A stretch of DNA of 64,000 bases from Methanobacteriota archaeon (GCA_963720465.1 OY970393.1:1760001-1824000), one strand, 5' to 3'; shown: positions 39,424 to 50,117, counted from the first letter of the stretch. Notes: a model not told the origin generated them from the letters alone. Numbers and translations are program-made.

Positions 39424-40785
39424 TCAGCCGCTGCTTGCGACGCTGACATCCCTTATCCGAACTGTCGGGGTCGTCAAGCTGAAGTACGTCTTGACCTCGC
39501 GACTTATGCCATCGATTTGCTGAAGCAAGTCGAGGACGTCGATTCCGATGTTGGTTTGCTTTAGGGCGTGTTCGAGTTCGCCGTCTTCGATGGCGTAGCC
39601 GGCGTAGACCATTCCGGAAAACTCTCCGGTGCTCGGATTCGGCCGATCGCCAGTGGCCCTAATATAGATGCCGTGTCCCACATCCTCGATTACGTTCGCC
39701 TCAGCTCCGCTTGCGATTACGAGGTTTGTGGGCGCTATCGAAGGCGGCTGCCGAAAGTCCCCACGAGAGGCGTTGCCCGTGCTCGTTGTCCCCTCTTTGT
39801 TTGCCGTGTAGCTGTCGTAGAGGTACGAACGCAGGACGCCTCTTTCGACGAGAGGGGTTCGCTGTGATGGGACTCCTTCACCATCAAAGGGGCTTGTCTC
39901 TAAGCCGCCGCCAAGGAGTCCGTCATCCACAATCGAGAATTCGCTTACAGCGATGTGTTCGCCGATTTTCCCTGCTAGAAACGATCGATCCCGTTGCGCG
40001 TCTTCAGCGCTCACGGTGACTGCAGCTGCAATGACGGACCCAACGGCAAGGGGATCGAGCACGACAGGCATCTTGCCTGATTGAACCGGCCGTGGGTTCA
40101 TACTACGCAGCGCCATCTCTCCGGCTGCACTTCCAACCGAATCAACATTGAAATCGAAACGCCGCGACGCAGCGTACTCGAAGCCGTTTCCGCTGTCTTC
40201 CCCCTTGTGCGCAATCACGTCCACGTCGAGCGCGGCCTGCGTTCCACTATCTGTTCCCGAAACGCCGAACGTGTTTGCGATCGCGCCGCTCCAGCGCCCG
40301 ACTGACGCGCCAGAATTGACTATATCGATGCGCTTGTCAATACGCGATGCGTCAGCGACGTCAATCGCAAGTTGCGCGACCGTTGAGACGTCGAGTGATG
40401 CGATCGTGTCGTCCCAGGTACCGGAGACGACGGGATAGCGCTCGGCGGGCGGAAGCGATTTGAAATCTTTGTCAGGACGTCCGGCACGTGACGCCGAGAT
40501 CGCTTGCTCGACAGCGAACTCAACCCGCTCGAGAGATGCGTGCGCGTACCCCATGCTGCCATCCTGGAAGATCCGAATCCCGATGCCACTCTCAAAGCCG
40601 CTTTGGCTTGATTTGATCTTGCCCTTTTCGAGCTCTGCGCTGACAGAGTTCGAGTGAGTGGCGAATGCTTCTCCCTGGTAGATTGACGTGTCTACGAGCG
40701 CCAATGCCCGCGTGCATACCTCGAGGAGCGTAGCCTCTCGCTCGGTGTGAGTCATCACTTTATATCCCCCCCACAACGACGTCAC
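39424..40785 (-). CDS. pmbA: PmbA/TldE family protein
   Basis: PFDGEG, STGNA and PTNL; follows tldD. Confidence 0.85.
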   Translation of the reverse strand: MTSLWGGYKVMTHTEREATLLEVCTRALALVDTSIYQGEAFATHSNSVSAELEKGKIKSSQSGFESGIGIRIFQDGSMGYAHASLERVEFAVEQAISASRAGRPDKDFKSLPPAERYPVVSGTWDDTIASLDVSTVAQLAIDVADASRIDKRIDIVNSGASVGRWSGAIANTFGVSGTDSGTQAALDVDVIAHKGEDSGNGFEYAASRRFDFNVDSVGSAAGEMALRSMNPRPVQSGKMPVVLDPLAVGSVIAAAVTVSAEDAQRDRSFLAGKIGEHIAVSEFSIVDDGLLGGGLETSPFDGEGVPSQRTPLVERGVLRSYLYDSYTANKEGTTSTGNASRGDFRQPPSIAPTNLVIASGAEANVIEDVGHGIYIRATGDRPNPSTGEFSGMVYAGYAIEDGELEHALKQTNIGIDVLDLLQQIDGISREVKTYFSLTTPTVRIRDVSVASSG

Positions 40786-42163
40786 TCACACGCATATAAG
40801 CGCCTCCCGTGGTGTTTGGCGTCATCTGTCCGTCTTTGCCGCACGTTCCAGGGTCGAACGACAAGGTCCGCGTTATAGCGTTGATTCTGTGAAGGATCTC
40901 GAGCGTCATCGCGCTCAGCGCAGCGTCCCTCAAATGATCGCGCAGTTCTCCGCGTTCGACTGCGTACGCTTCTCTACTTTTGAAGGTGAACATCCCTGTT
41001 GTAGGAGTCGTGTAGCCATACTGCCAGCCGATAAAGTATATCCCGCTGAACCCCTCCAGCAGCTCTTCAAACGCGTAGTCCCCGGGTTCAAAGAAGGTGT
41101 TGCTCATCCGCACGATAGGCGGAGCGTCGTACCGCTGGGCGCGCGCGCTTCCGTTTGTCCCCAAGCCCAGGCGCGACCCGGTTTCGATGTCGGTGAGGTA
41201 GGTCTGCAAAATCCCGCGTTCCAAGAGCACCTTTCGGCGCGTCTGGATACCCTCATCGTCGTAGCCCATGTAACCGTAGCTCAGCAAGGTCGGGTCGTCT
41301 ACGATCGTCACTGCTTCAGATCCAATCTTCTGGGTCAGCTTCCCTGCCAAGATAGACGTGCCTGAAATGATCGCGTCGGCTTCGGACGCGTGTCCGAACG
41401 CCTCGTGCGCAAAAACCCCGGAGAGCGACGGGTCGAGCACGGCATCAAACTGTCCAGAAGGTGCCGGTTTTGCGTCGAGGAGCGAGACGGCTTGGGTTGC
41501 AGCAGTTCGGCCGATGTCCGCGCCGTCTAGAAACAGCTCGAACCCTTTTGAATCACCTTTGGCCTTATAGCCTGACTGTCGCAATGCACCTTCTTTCGCA
41601 AAGATCATTGCGCGAGCAATCGACCGCACGACAGTCTCGTCGACATATGTTCCTTCGGAATTAGCGATTATTTTATGCAGAACAATGTCTGTGTATCCGA
41701 TCTCTGTGCTGCTGACGCGCTTATCTGTCTCTTTTGCTTCTCGCTCTTGACGCAGGACATAGCCGAGCTTGTCAGCGATTGAGACCTGAGTCGGCAGGCG
41801 CTGTACCGCCGTCTTGACGGTGTCTTCAAATACCGGCGCCTCAATCGAAAACTTCTCAGCGCGCGCATACACGGCTTTGGCGAGACTGACCGCGCGTTCA
41901 GCGCAATCGGTCAAACCGCGGCGATCCACTTCTGTCGTGTACACAAACCCCCACGCGCCCTCCAAAAAGGCCCGTATTCCAGCCCCAAGTTCATTTGAGC
42001 TATTTATCTTCGTTATCCCGTCTTTCGCGGAGATTGAAGTGCCATCGGAGCTCTCGAGGCGGATATCAGCGAACTGGGCTCCGCGCTCGCGCGCTACGCT
42101 GAGAGCTTCTTCAACATCGTGCCTTTTTTCGCTTAGTTCTTGCATCGGCGATCGCATCTCCAT
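40760..42163 (-). CDS. tldD: TldD metalloprotease
   Basis: HEAFGH, YDDEG, RMSNT and CGKDGQ. Confidence 0.92.
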   Translation of the reverse strand: MEMRSPMQELSEKRHDVEEALSVARERGAQFADIRLESSDGTSISAKDGITKINSSNELGAGIRAFLEGAWGFVYTTEVDRRGLTDCAERAVSLAKAVYARAEKFSIEAPVFEDTVKTAVQRLPTQVSIADKLGYVLRQEREAKETDKRVSSTEIGYTDIVLHKIIANSEGTYVDETVVRSIARAMIFAKEGALRQSGYKAKGDSKGFELFLDGADIGRTAATQAVSLLDAKPAPSGQFDAVLDPSLSGVFAHEAFGHASEADAIISGTSILAGKLTQKIGSEAVTIVDDPTLLSYGYMGYDDEGIQTRRKVLLERGILQTYLTDIETGSRLGLGTNGSARAQRYDAPPIVRMSNTFFEPGDYAFEELLEGFSGIYFIGWQYGYTTPTTGMFTFKSREAYAVERGELRDHLRDAALSAMTLEILHRINAITRTLSFDPGTCGKDGQMTPNTTGGAYMRVSDVVVGGI

Positions 42164-42659
42164 GCGACTAACATTGGGCGTGCTTAAATGGTTTATCCAC
42201 GAGAGGGCGGCAGAGACGGATATGTCGATCGCGTCAAGCGCAACCCATTATGCTAAATGAGGCGGCTAGACGCGTCCGCTCAGCTTTTGAGTAATCAGGC
42301 GACGCAATAACAAGCCAGTCGTCTTTGTTGAGCCTAGTCGCTGCTATCTGCTTACGACAGGCACTTGATTGACGATGTTGGTCTTGCGGAATCTTAGCCC
42401 GGCTAGGTACTTGCACGCAAGGCGGGGCTTTCGTGTAGCAATACGCTAAATGGCCTTAGTTGTATGACACAATTTATGCCCCTCAGTCATTTCTCGTGTT
42501 TTGCACGTTAGGCCGAGCGCTCGCAGCTCCTGAAGACGTTATGTTATGTGTGGACGCTAGTTGCCCTCGGCGCGTCCCTTGCCCCTCTTTAAGGTTGAGC
42601 TGTCGTCATTGTCTTTTCTCTTTGTCTACGATTTTTCGGCAACGCTCTAATAGAATCCA

Positions 42660-43295
42660 TCACGAGCGTATTCGGCTCACAATCCGTTTTCTGTGATAGA
42701 TCAGGTAACCGACAAGGCCGATTATGCCCGCTATGACGACGATATCAAGATATCTAAAGAGCGCCTCAAGATCCGACCAGTGGGGGCCTAGAAGAACGCC
42801 GACATAGGCAAGCCCGAAACACCAAGGAAGCGATCCCAGCACCGTGTAGAGAGAGAATTTCTTCACATCCATCCGGGCGACGCCGGCTGGAAGGGAGATG
42901 AAAGTTCGCACGATCGGCAACAGCCTGCTGACAAAAACAGTGGTCTCTCCATACCTTCCAAACCAGGCGTGTGCCCGGTCAAGTTCACTCTTACGTATCA
43001 GCACGTATTTGCCATACCGCTCAAGGAGGGGCAGGCCTCCGTATCCCCCAACGGAGTAGGCTACGAGTGAGCCGGCGAGGCTGCCGGCCGTACCCGCAAG
43101 GGTAACGCCGATCAGCGTAAGTTCCCCTTTCCAGACGACATAGCCGGCGAAGGGCATTATCACCTCACTAGGCAGCGGAATGCACGCGCTCTCTAGCCCC
43201 ATTGCAACAAAAACACCGGTGTAACCGAGCTGTTCAATTACGGAAATGACGAAATTACTGAGCGTCTCTAAGATATTCAGACTTAAAGCTAACAT
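42660..43295 (-). CDS. DedA family membrane protein
   Basis: ESACIPLPSE and RLLPIVRTFISLPAG. Confidence 0.92.
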   Translation of the reverse strand: MLALSLNILETLSNFVISVIEQLGYTGVFVAMGLESACIPLPSEVIMPFAGYVVWKGELTLIGVTLAGTAGSLAGSLVAYSVGGYGGLPLLERYGKYVLIRKSELDRAHAWFGRYGETTVFVSRLLPIVRTFISLPAGVARMDVKKFSLYTVLGSLPWCFGLAYVGVLLGPHWSDLEALFRYLDIVVIAGIIGLVGYLIYHRKRIVSRIRS

Positions 43296-44064
43296 GCAAG
43301 ATCTAATTGTCTAAACAAAGCGCGCTTTTTCGAAGCGATATTGCTGCATCTCTCTAACCCCGGTTGTTTGTCGCGGTTGTTCCGTTACGATTAGCGGGTT
43401 CATGCGTCGATCATACTATTGCGTTGCGATTATTCTGCCGCACTCCCCAGGAAACCTTTTTTCCTGAAACGGTGCGAAAACACTAAGCCCCTATGGCATG
43501 ACATTATGGCAGGGGCCTCGCTGACACGCTGTACAAATCTCTGCCTTCAGCGATCTCTCCATTCGGTTTCGCACTAGCGAAGCCCTGCTGCGGCGCTCGA
43601 ATAAACAACGTACTCGCGCTGCTTCAATTCTCGCGCTAATATGTCTACTTTTTCTTATTGCCGTCCTTTTTTTAGTGATGCAGCACGAAGTGCATTACAG
43701 CCCAGCTAGGTGTTATTTGCGAAGTCAACTGAGCACGTCACCGAGCTTAAAGTCAACGTCACCATACTTTTTCGGCCTTTGGTTGTATGGTCTTGAACCA
43801 TACTGCAGAACATCGACGCTCATCAAGTGGCCCTCGCCTGGCAACAGGCATTCGGCGGTGTGCCGGTATCCGACTCGAGCCAGAGGCATAATCCACCTCC
43901 GCCTCATTGCCTGCCAGACCGAACTGTTTACGTAGCGCATCTAGGGCGTGCCACGCAGAAATGTCGAATGAGAGAGTCCTGACGGACGCGCAATATATAA
44001 GGGCCCACGTCTTCCTGACTACGAGGAAAGACAATGACTATCAAATATCAAATGAGGTGTTGAG

Positions 44065-44349
44065 CTGACTGAAGAGCAACCAAGCAAGGTGAGACTGCCC
44101 AGAAAACACCAGAATGAGATCTTTGGAACGGTGGAAAAAATGCTCGGCGGAAGCCGAATCACCGTTCGCTCTCAAGATGGAAAAACCCGCATGGGGCGGA
44201 TTCCAGGTAAGATGAAACGAAGAGTATGGCTCCGTGTGGGCGACGTCATTATTATTCGGCCCTGGAGCATTCAAGATGAAAAGGCGGATGTCGTCTGGCG
44301 ATATCTTCCACCACAAGCTGACTGGCTGAGAAGGAAAGGGTACATTTAA
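44065..44349 (+). CDS. eif1a: Translation initiation factor aIF-1A (proposed CTG start)
   Basis: VRLP, MLGG, DGKTRMGRIPGKMK, W...GD, PW.IQ..KADV.WRY; GAGGTG SD 5 nt before CTG. Confidence 0.93.
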   Translation: MTEEQPSKVRLPRKHQNEIFGTVEKMLGGSRITVRSQDGKTRMGRIPGKMKRRVWLRVGDVIIIRPWSIQDEKADVVWRYLPPQADWLRRKGYI

Positions 44350-44557
44350 GCGCTACTTCGCGCACTCTTTTTTGCATCTGCATTGTGTCCGTCGTCGTGA
44401 TTCGTGCCGCAAACCCGGCTCATGAATGATGATAACGCTCGTTACTGCCCTGCTTAATCTTGCGGTAGTGGCGATGATGGTACTATCCGCTGAAGGTCAT
44501 GACACAGTATCCGCACATCGATCTCTCCGCTGCCGGCAAGAGACGTGAGTGAAGCGA

Positions 44558-45760
44558 ATGAGAGAAGACTATGATGTAATAGTGGTCGGGGCAGGCCCAG
44601 CAGGCTCAGTTGCAGCACTGAACGCAGCTGCAGATAGCGACGTTCTGCTAATAGAGAAACGGCCAGAGATAGGGGCGCCTGTTCGATGCGCAGAGGCAGT
44701 GCCTCTTGTTGAAACGCCGTTCGTTTTTCACACGTCATTCGAAAAATACGTAAAACCTGACAAGAAGTGGGTGGCAAGCGAAGTTAAGGGAGTACGGGCT
44801 ACTGCTCCTGATGGTACAACAGTCGAAGTCTCTGGGGAGATGCTCGGGAAGGAAGAACCACTTGGCATCATCCTAGAGCGCAAGCTCTTCGATCGACAGC
44901 TGGCTAAGGATGCCGCTCGTTCCGGAGCGCACGTTGCGGTGCGCACCCGTGCAACTGGGCTGATTCTGGAAGACGGCACGGTACGAGGCGTCAAACTTAG
45001 CCGCCTCGGTGAGGAGTTTGACGTGCGTGCCAAGCTTGTGATAGGTGCTGACGGCGTTGAATCTCAGGTAGGCCGGTGGGCGGGCATAAACACCACGCTC
45101 AAGCTCAAGGACATCGAGAGCTGCGCCCAGTATCACATGCAAAACGTCGAATTGGCGGACAAAACGCTCGATTTCTACTTTGGCTCCTCGGCGCCGAGCG
45201 GCTACGCTTGGGCATTTCCAAAAGGACACGGTGCGGGCAACATCGGACTCGGGGTACTCGGAAGCAAGTTGAGTGGGAAGCGCCCATTGGCGTACCTCGA
45301 CGAGTTTGTAGCACAGCGCTTTCCCGACGGCAAACCGGTCGAACTGATGATGGGGGCTTGCCCCGTGAGCGACGCGCTTACACACATAGTGCGCGATGGG
45401 CTGATGCTCGTGGGTGATGCAGCACATCACACTGAGCCGATAACCGGGGGAGGCATTATGGCGGCGCTCCAGAGCGGAACGATCGCCGGTAAGGTTGCGA
45501 ACAAAGCGGTGCGCCAAAACGATTCGTCGGTCAGAGTGCTTCGAGAATACGAAACTGAATGGAAACGTTCGTTTGGCAAAGCGCGCAAGCGCACCTACCG
45601 AGTCAAAGAATTCGTAGTAAATCTCTCAGATGATGAAATAAACCGGATCTTTCACGCATTCGCAGGGATAACAGCCGAAGAGCTGAATATGAAAGGGGCC
45701 TTAAGGCGCCTGCTTAGATTGGATCCTAGGCTTTTATTGAGTATACGTCAGTTTCTCTAA
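44558..45760 (+). CDS. Geranylgeranyl reductase family flavoprotein
   Basis: GAGPAG, PVRCAE, GYAWAFP and GDAA. Confidence 0.9.
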   Translation: MREDYDVIVVGAGPAGSVAALNAAADSDVLLIEKRPEIGAPVRCAEAVPLVETPFVFHTSFEKYVKPDKKWVASEVKGVRATAPDGTTVEVSGEMLGKEEPLGIILERKLFDRQLAKDAARSGAHVAVRTRATGLILEDGTVRGVKLSRLGEEFDVRAKLVIGADGVESQVGRWAGINTTLKLKDIESCAQYHMQNVELADKTLDFYFGSSAPSGYAWAFPKGHGAGNIGLGVLGSKLSGKRPLAYLDEFVAQRFPDGKPVELMMGACPVSDALTHIVRDGLMLVGDAAHHTEPITGGGIMAALQSGTIAGKVANKAVRQNDSSVRVLREYETEWKRSFGKARKRTYRVKEFVVNLSDDEINRIFHAFAGITAEELNMKGALRRLLRLDPRLLLSIRQFL

Positions 45761-45801
45761 TTAGCGGAGTCATTTTTTATTAGCCGCATTTTTTAGGCCG
45801 G

Positions 45802-46392
45802 TTATAGCCTTCTTACCTCTTCCGCCTTAGGCTTCCGTCGAAACAGTCGCTCCCTCAGTGACCGCTTTTGCGGCTCGTCTTCCGTCTCCGGCAACGGCGG
45901 TTGCACCTCTTCGGCTCCCGCCTCGCTACTGGGGACTGGGGAGGGAGTTGACACAGCAGCCGGCAGCAAGCGCGCAAGCATCTCACTCACGTCTGCCAGT
46001 CGGTCAATGACCTTGCTCGACTCACTTCCGTAGAACCCCGCGATGGTCTCATACCGCTTAATCTCGTCTTCTCGCGCCTGTTTGAAGCTCTCGTACTGCG
46101 CAGTCAGTCGCTCTATCATATCCGTTTTCATGTAGAGGAGCTCATCTTTATGGCGCAGCTCTCGCTCACGTTTTTCAAGCTCGGCCTCGAGGCGCGCCGC
46201 GGTTTCACGCGGCACCATCAGCGTTCCTAGGTCTTCTTCTGCAGTGCCTTCGCTCTCGCGCCCTCCGTCTAAATATGCTTCTAACGCTGCCGCGACGATC
46301 TTGCTTCGGCTACTGTTTTCAGAGCTCGCCTGCTTGTCAGCAGCAGCCAGGAGTTCGTCTGAAATCGCAATAGTGACTTTGTGTAATGGCAT
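45802..46392 (-). CDS. Ribbon-helix-helix (CopG-like) protein with coiled coil
   Basis: KVTIAISDELL...SRSKIV..AL; coiled coil; C-terminal RSLRERLFRR. Confidence 0.75.
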   Translation of the reverse strand: MPLHKVTIAISDELLAAADKQASSENSSRSKIVAAALEAYLDGGRESEGTAEEDLGTLMVPRETAARLEAELEKRERELRHKDELLYMKTDMIERLTAQYESFKQAREDEIKRYETIAGFYGSESSKVIDRLADVSEMLARLLPAAVSTPSPVPSSEAGAEEVQPPLPETEDEPQKRSLRERLFRRKPKAEEVRRL

Positions 46393-46443
46393 GGGACTTA
46401 CCACCTATGACGGCGCAGAACCGAATGCGGCCCTCGCTTCGGC

Positions 46444-47031
46444 TCAGTCACACCATAGTATGAATGCTTCATACTTGAGCATGTCGCCCGCTAACGGGAT
46501 TTTCCACTCAACAGTTTCCACCGTTTCCGGTGCAAGGCGCGCGAGCATCAGCTGAAGAAAAATCAACTTGCGCGCTTCGATGAAAAAAATAATGAATTTT
46601 CGAGCTCTTTCGCGGAACAGGCAGTAGTGGTAGCCGATCTTTTTCAAACGGTCTCTTTGAAGCTCTCTGTTCGCATAGCTCGCTACGTGGCTTGATAGCG
46701 GCAGTCGCAATGCAGCTAGAAACTATTTATAGCAGGTTCAACACTTTTTTTGAAATTCAGTTCTAGTGATAGTTCGAAGCTCCTTAATTTAACCGTGGAG
46801 ACGGGCAGAACGCCGTCCATTTGCAAAAATAGCTATCTTGCCACAACAAAATACCTTTATTTCGAGTCCAGATTTTAAAAAGAAGGATAAAATAGAAACG
46901 AAATCGTTAAATACGATCAGTGCACGGTTTAATGTGTCGATGCAGCAGGAGCCGGGCTTCGCCGCAAGGCCCTACCTCAAAACGCGCTCTTTTCGCTTGG
47001 CGGGCCCGCGCTCCATGTTGGTCGCCACATT
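46444..47031. repeat. Dispersed non-coding element, copy 2
   Basis: Colinear with 5338-5920; 88/120 identities by hand count, no gaps, for 46794-46913 vs 5689-5808. Confidence 0.9.
46931..47031 (+). ncRNA. Candidate small hairpin RNA, copy 2
   Basis: AATGTG/CACATT, CGAT.CAGCA/TGTTGGTCG, GGAGC/GCTCC and CGGGCT.CGCC..AAG/CTTGGCGGGCCCG; loop contains CCCTACCTC; TATA at 46907-46913. Confidence 0.6.
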
Positions 47032-47226
47032 TCTTCAGCAATATTCTTTGTTGTGTGAGGTGTTTCTTTCGATTTTTCACCGCTTCTCCAGGCATATTTA
47101 AGTCCGGTGGAACGCGATGTTTGTGCGCCGCGTCGCTTGTCGAACCTCCTTTATTCAGGGATCGAAGTCACGGACTAAAGAGCGACCGAGCTGCAAGAGC
47201 TTTCTAAGGACGGTGCGCACTAGGCT

Positions 47227-47524
47227 ATGAAGGTAATTACAAGCGATGAACTTACAGAGTGGATTGCGCAAGTTTTGAGCAAAGGGGTATGAGGTCTGCC
47301 GCACGAAACTGCTTTCGGACGACAATGATGCCACGAAAGAAATCAGGCGAGAAGGGTGAGCTAAACGTGCGCGATGGTTGTTCGAGATGACGACGTCAGT
47401 CTGGTAGTCGAGAGCGTAGCAAAAGCAGCCCGAACCGGCGAAATGGCGGATGGAAAGATATTCATGCTGCCCGTAGAAGAAGTCGTAATCTTCGCGCAGG
47501 AGAAAAGGGGGAGGCGCACTCTGA
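47227..47524 (+). pseudogene. Degenerate P-II (GlnK/GlnB) nitrogen regulator
   Basis: FGRQ and [37 protein letters not shown], broken by stops and frameshifts. Confidence 0.8.
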
Positions 47525-47632
47525 TTGAGGTTCGCCCATGAATGTACGCGCCTCGGCACGCAATCCGATATGGATCTTCAGATCCTATTTGTTGGGGCGA
47601 GGTCACACAAAACGGCTAATCTGTTTTCGTTG

Positions 47633-48175
47633 CTAGCGTCGGCTCCAAAAGCGTGAGAAACCACTGCGCGAAGGAGCCCGTTCTTCGAAACTGCGCGTGA
47701 AAAAAAGCTTGAAGTACGCGCCGTCGACTTTTTTTCGCAGGATCATTTTGAATCCCAATTCGTGGTACATAGTTGAGGCTGCCACGTTGGTCTCCCATGT
47801 GGTTATGAGCGTTGCCTCCATCCCGTTTTGAAAGAGCTTCGACATGGCGTATTCGACGAGTTTCTTGCCGATGCCGAGCCGCCGAAATTCAGGCAGAACA
47901 GCGAGCGTCTCGATAAGTCCGAGCTGAGGTCGCCTGTAATGGTAGATCACCGCGACGACGCCGACAATCCGTCCATCATCGACGGCTTTGATCCAGCTTC
48001 GTCGCCTGTCGTTCAAAATGCGTGATACCTTAACGCGCAGGTTTTCGTCTTCGGTGAGCGGCGGCACAAATTCGTGATCGACGATGCTGAGCACGCGCAT
48101 TATGGCATCGAAATCGTTCCAGGTTGCTTCACTAATCGTGAGCGTCTCAAGCGGTTCCAGCACTTCTGTTACCAT
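47633..48175 (-). CDS. GNAT acetyltransferase
   Basis: LAVLPEFRRLGIG and N..A..MY..LGF. Confidence 0.9.
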   Translation of the reverse strand: MVTEVLEPLETLTISEATWNDFDAIMRVLSIVDHEFVPPLTEDENLRVKVSRILNDRRRSWIKAVDDGRIVGVVAVIYHYRRPQLGLIETLAVLPEFRRLGIGKKLVEYAMSKLFQNGMEATLITTWETNVAASTMYHELGFKMILRKKVDGAYFKLFFTRSFEERAPSRSGFSRFWSRR

Positions 48176-48200
48176 CCATCACTTGGTACGGGCGTCACGG

Positions 48201-48833
48201 CTAGCAAAGCAGGACGAGCGCATTCAACACGATGCGATCGGAGGCCGACTCGTTAAAGGGCAAACCAGCGTTGCGTGCGGTCTCTCCAACATCAATGCCC
48301 ATGGCCTCCATCGACGGTCGTGCTTTGTACGGGTTGCGGCAACGATTGCCCACACCGGCGCACGCTTCGCAAAGCGTACATTTTCCCGCGGAAAATGCCG
48401 TAGCGAACTTGAGGCCTTTTTTAAATGCGCCAGCTTCAAGACGAGCGGCGATCGTATCAAGCGTATTTTTTGCTACCAAATAGGTCTGATCCCACCCTTT
48501 GAGATACGCCTCATCTGAGTAAAGGGTCGCAAGATCTTCAGCTGCGTGGATCCGTTCGAGCATCCAGTCAGGTACGTCGTACGCAATCTGGACAATCAGC
48601 GCCTTTTGGAATCGCGCGAGGACGTTCCTGAATTCATCGAGGGGCATGACGTTAGGGGGGCACATCAAACACACGTTGTAATTCTTGCAGACGGGAACGT
48701 TGCATTTGAGTCGTACGCGTTCGTCAACCACTATGAGCGCAGCATCAAATACTTGGGCGCGGGTCGCACCAAGTTCACGTGCGGTCGTAAGAAATTCACT
48801 CGAAAAAGTTTCGCCATCGCAAACTGTATCCAT
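48201..48833 (-). CDS. DUF2284 predicted metal-binding protein
   Basis: VRLKC..P.C..Y.....CPP, CTLCEAC and ARPSMEAMGIDV. Confidence 0.88.
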   Translation of the reverse strand: MDTVCDGETFSSEFLTTARELGATRAQVFDAALIVVDERVRLKCNVPVCKNYNVCLMCPPNVMPLDEFRNVLARFQKALIVQIAYDVPDWMLERIHAAEDLATLYSDEAYLKGWDQTYLVAKNTLDTIAARLEAGAFKKGLKFATAFSAGKCTLCEACAGVGNRCRNPYKARPSMEAMGIDVGETARNAGLPFNESASDRIVLNALVLLC

Positions 48834-48964
48834 TGCTAACCGTTACGGAAATAGCGATCGAAACTATAAGAAAGTTGCTTGGCGGGGCATCGCGTTCACT
48901 GGCCCAGGCTCTGGAGCGACCCGCATTATATGCCGATCCCTTGTTGATCGCACCAGATGCTTCG

Positions 48965-50098
48965 TCAAGCAAGCTCAATTTCCACGGCTCGCGGTTCTTC
49001 CAGGTCCTTCAGCTGCTTCATTAGGCGTGCGCGCTCATCTTCCAACGCTCGTAGATCGTCAATGTGTGCACCCTGCTGAATCTTTTCTAGGTGCTCTCGA
49101 TTTACCGCGCTCGTAGCACGCATTCTTTCATACCGCCCACTCGTCACGAGCTTTTTGGTTTTGCGCAAGAAGGTAAGCAGACCAGTTGGGGCGTTTAATT
49201 TTGACAAAAAAGCGATAAGTCTCGGGATCTTGACGGCAAGAGATACGCCAGGCTCTTTGAGAGAAAGCTTCAGCGCCTCTCGGCGTTTGATATCATCTAG
49301 CGATTCAAGCCAGACAATGTTTGATTCTAGGACCTTCCTGAAGCTTGTCGTATCTCCCACGTAGTGCGAGAGCTTGCTGTCCGAGTATTTGGCATATTCG
49401 AGAAGCCGGTAGAGGGGGAGCGAAGTGAGGTCCTCGCCTTGTACAAGAGCGAGGAGTTTCTCAGCGTTTTCGTGGCTCGGCGACGGTGGGAATCTGAGCT
49501 CAGGATGGTAACTCGCGTCGAGACTTATTCTGAGGACTTCCAAGACGGGGGCTTGCTTAACGAACGTCTCTAGGAATGTGCCGACGTCGCCGTTATACAC
49601 TGCAATTTGCTCCTTCAAAGCGGCGAGGTCGTCAAACGAGGTGACGTCCACGTTTTGCAAAGATTCGTAGTACGCCTCTTTCTCACGGATTTCTGCTTCC
49701 ACGCTTTCGCAGCGGGTGCGCAGGGCCACGTAGCCCTTCTTATATTCTTCAAATAGCCGGCGCTGCTCTGTGAGAAGCCCTAAAACCGGAATTCGATCGA
49801 GCTCCCTAACCGCGGTTTCAAAACGGCGTTTCTTGAGCACGGTGAGCGCTTTTTCAAGCTGCTCGGTGTAATCGAGTGATTCTTCTTCGCGTGCTTTTTC
49901 CACCCGCCGCGTTATTCGTTGAAGGCGCCGCGTCAGATCGAGATACACCCGAAACGTATCCGGCGTGCCTTCGAAGTCGCGCACAAGCTCCCGGATCTCT
50001 CGGTTGAAGCGCTCGACAAGTTCAAGTCGCTCGCGACCAGCTTCGCGTATTCGTTTGTTGATCGTGGCAATTTCGATGAGCAGGTCAAGGGGTTCCAA
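48965..50098 (-). CDS. Archaeal coiled-coil hypothetical protein
   Basis: 377-aa helical ORF directly after mptA; LLEYAKYSDSKLSHYV. Confidence 0.75.
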   Translation of the reverse strand: MEPLDLLIEIATINKRIREAGRERLELVERFNREIRELVRDFEGTPDTFRVYLDLTRRLQRITRRVEKAREEESLDYTEQLEKALTVLKKRRFETAVRELDRIPVLGLLTEQRRLFEEYKKGYVALRTRCESVEAEIREKEAYYESLQNVDVTSFDDLAALKEQIAVYNGDVGTFLETFVKQAPVLEVLRISLDASYHPELRFPPSPSHENAEKLLALVQGEDLTSLPLYRLLEYAKYSDSKLSHYVGDTTSFRKVLESNIVWLESLDDIKRREALKLSLKEPGVSLAVKIPRLIAFLSKLNAPTGLLTFLRKTKKLVTSGRYERMRATSAVNREHLEKIQQGAHIDDLRALEDERARLMKQLKDLEEPRAVEIELA

Positions 50099-50117
50099 TC
50101 AAAGCCCCTCTAGCGGG

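Noticed and set aside
43741-44030. SRP RNA or RNase P RNA
   Set aside because: No SRP helix-8 motif, and GAGGAAAG at ~44023 is not followed by the RNase P P4 sequence.
46444-46710. 88-aa ORF as the conserved product of the duplicated element
   Set aside because: The equivalent frame in copy 1 has two internal stops and little amino-acid similarity.
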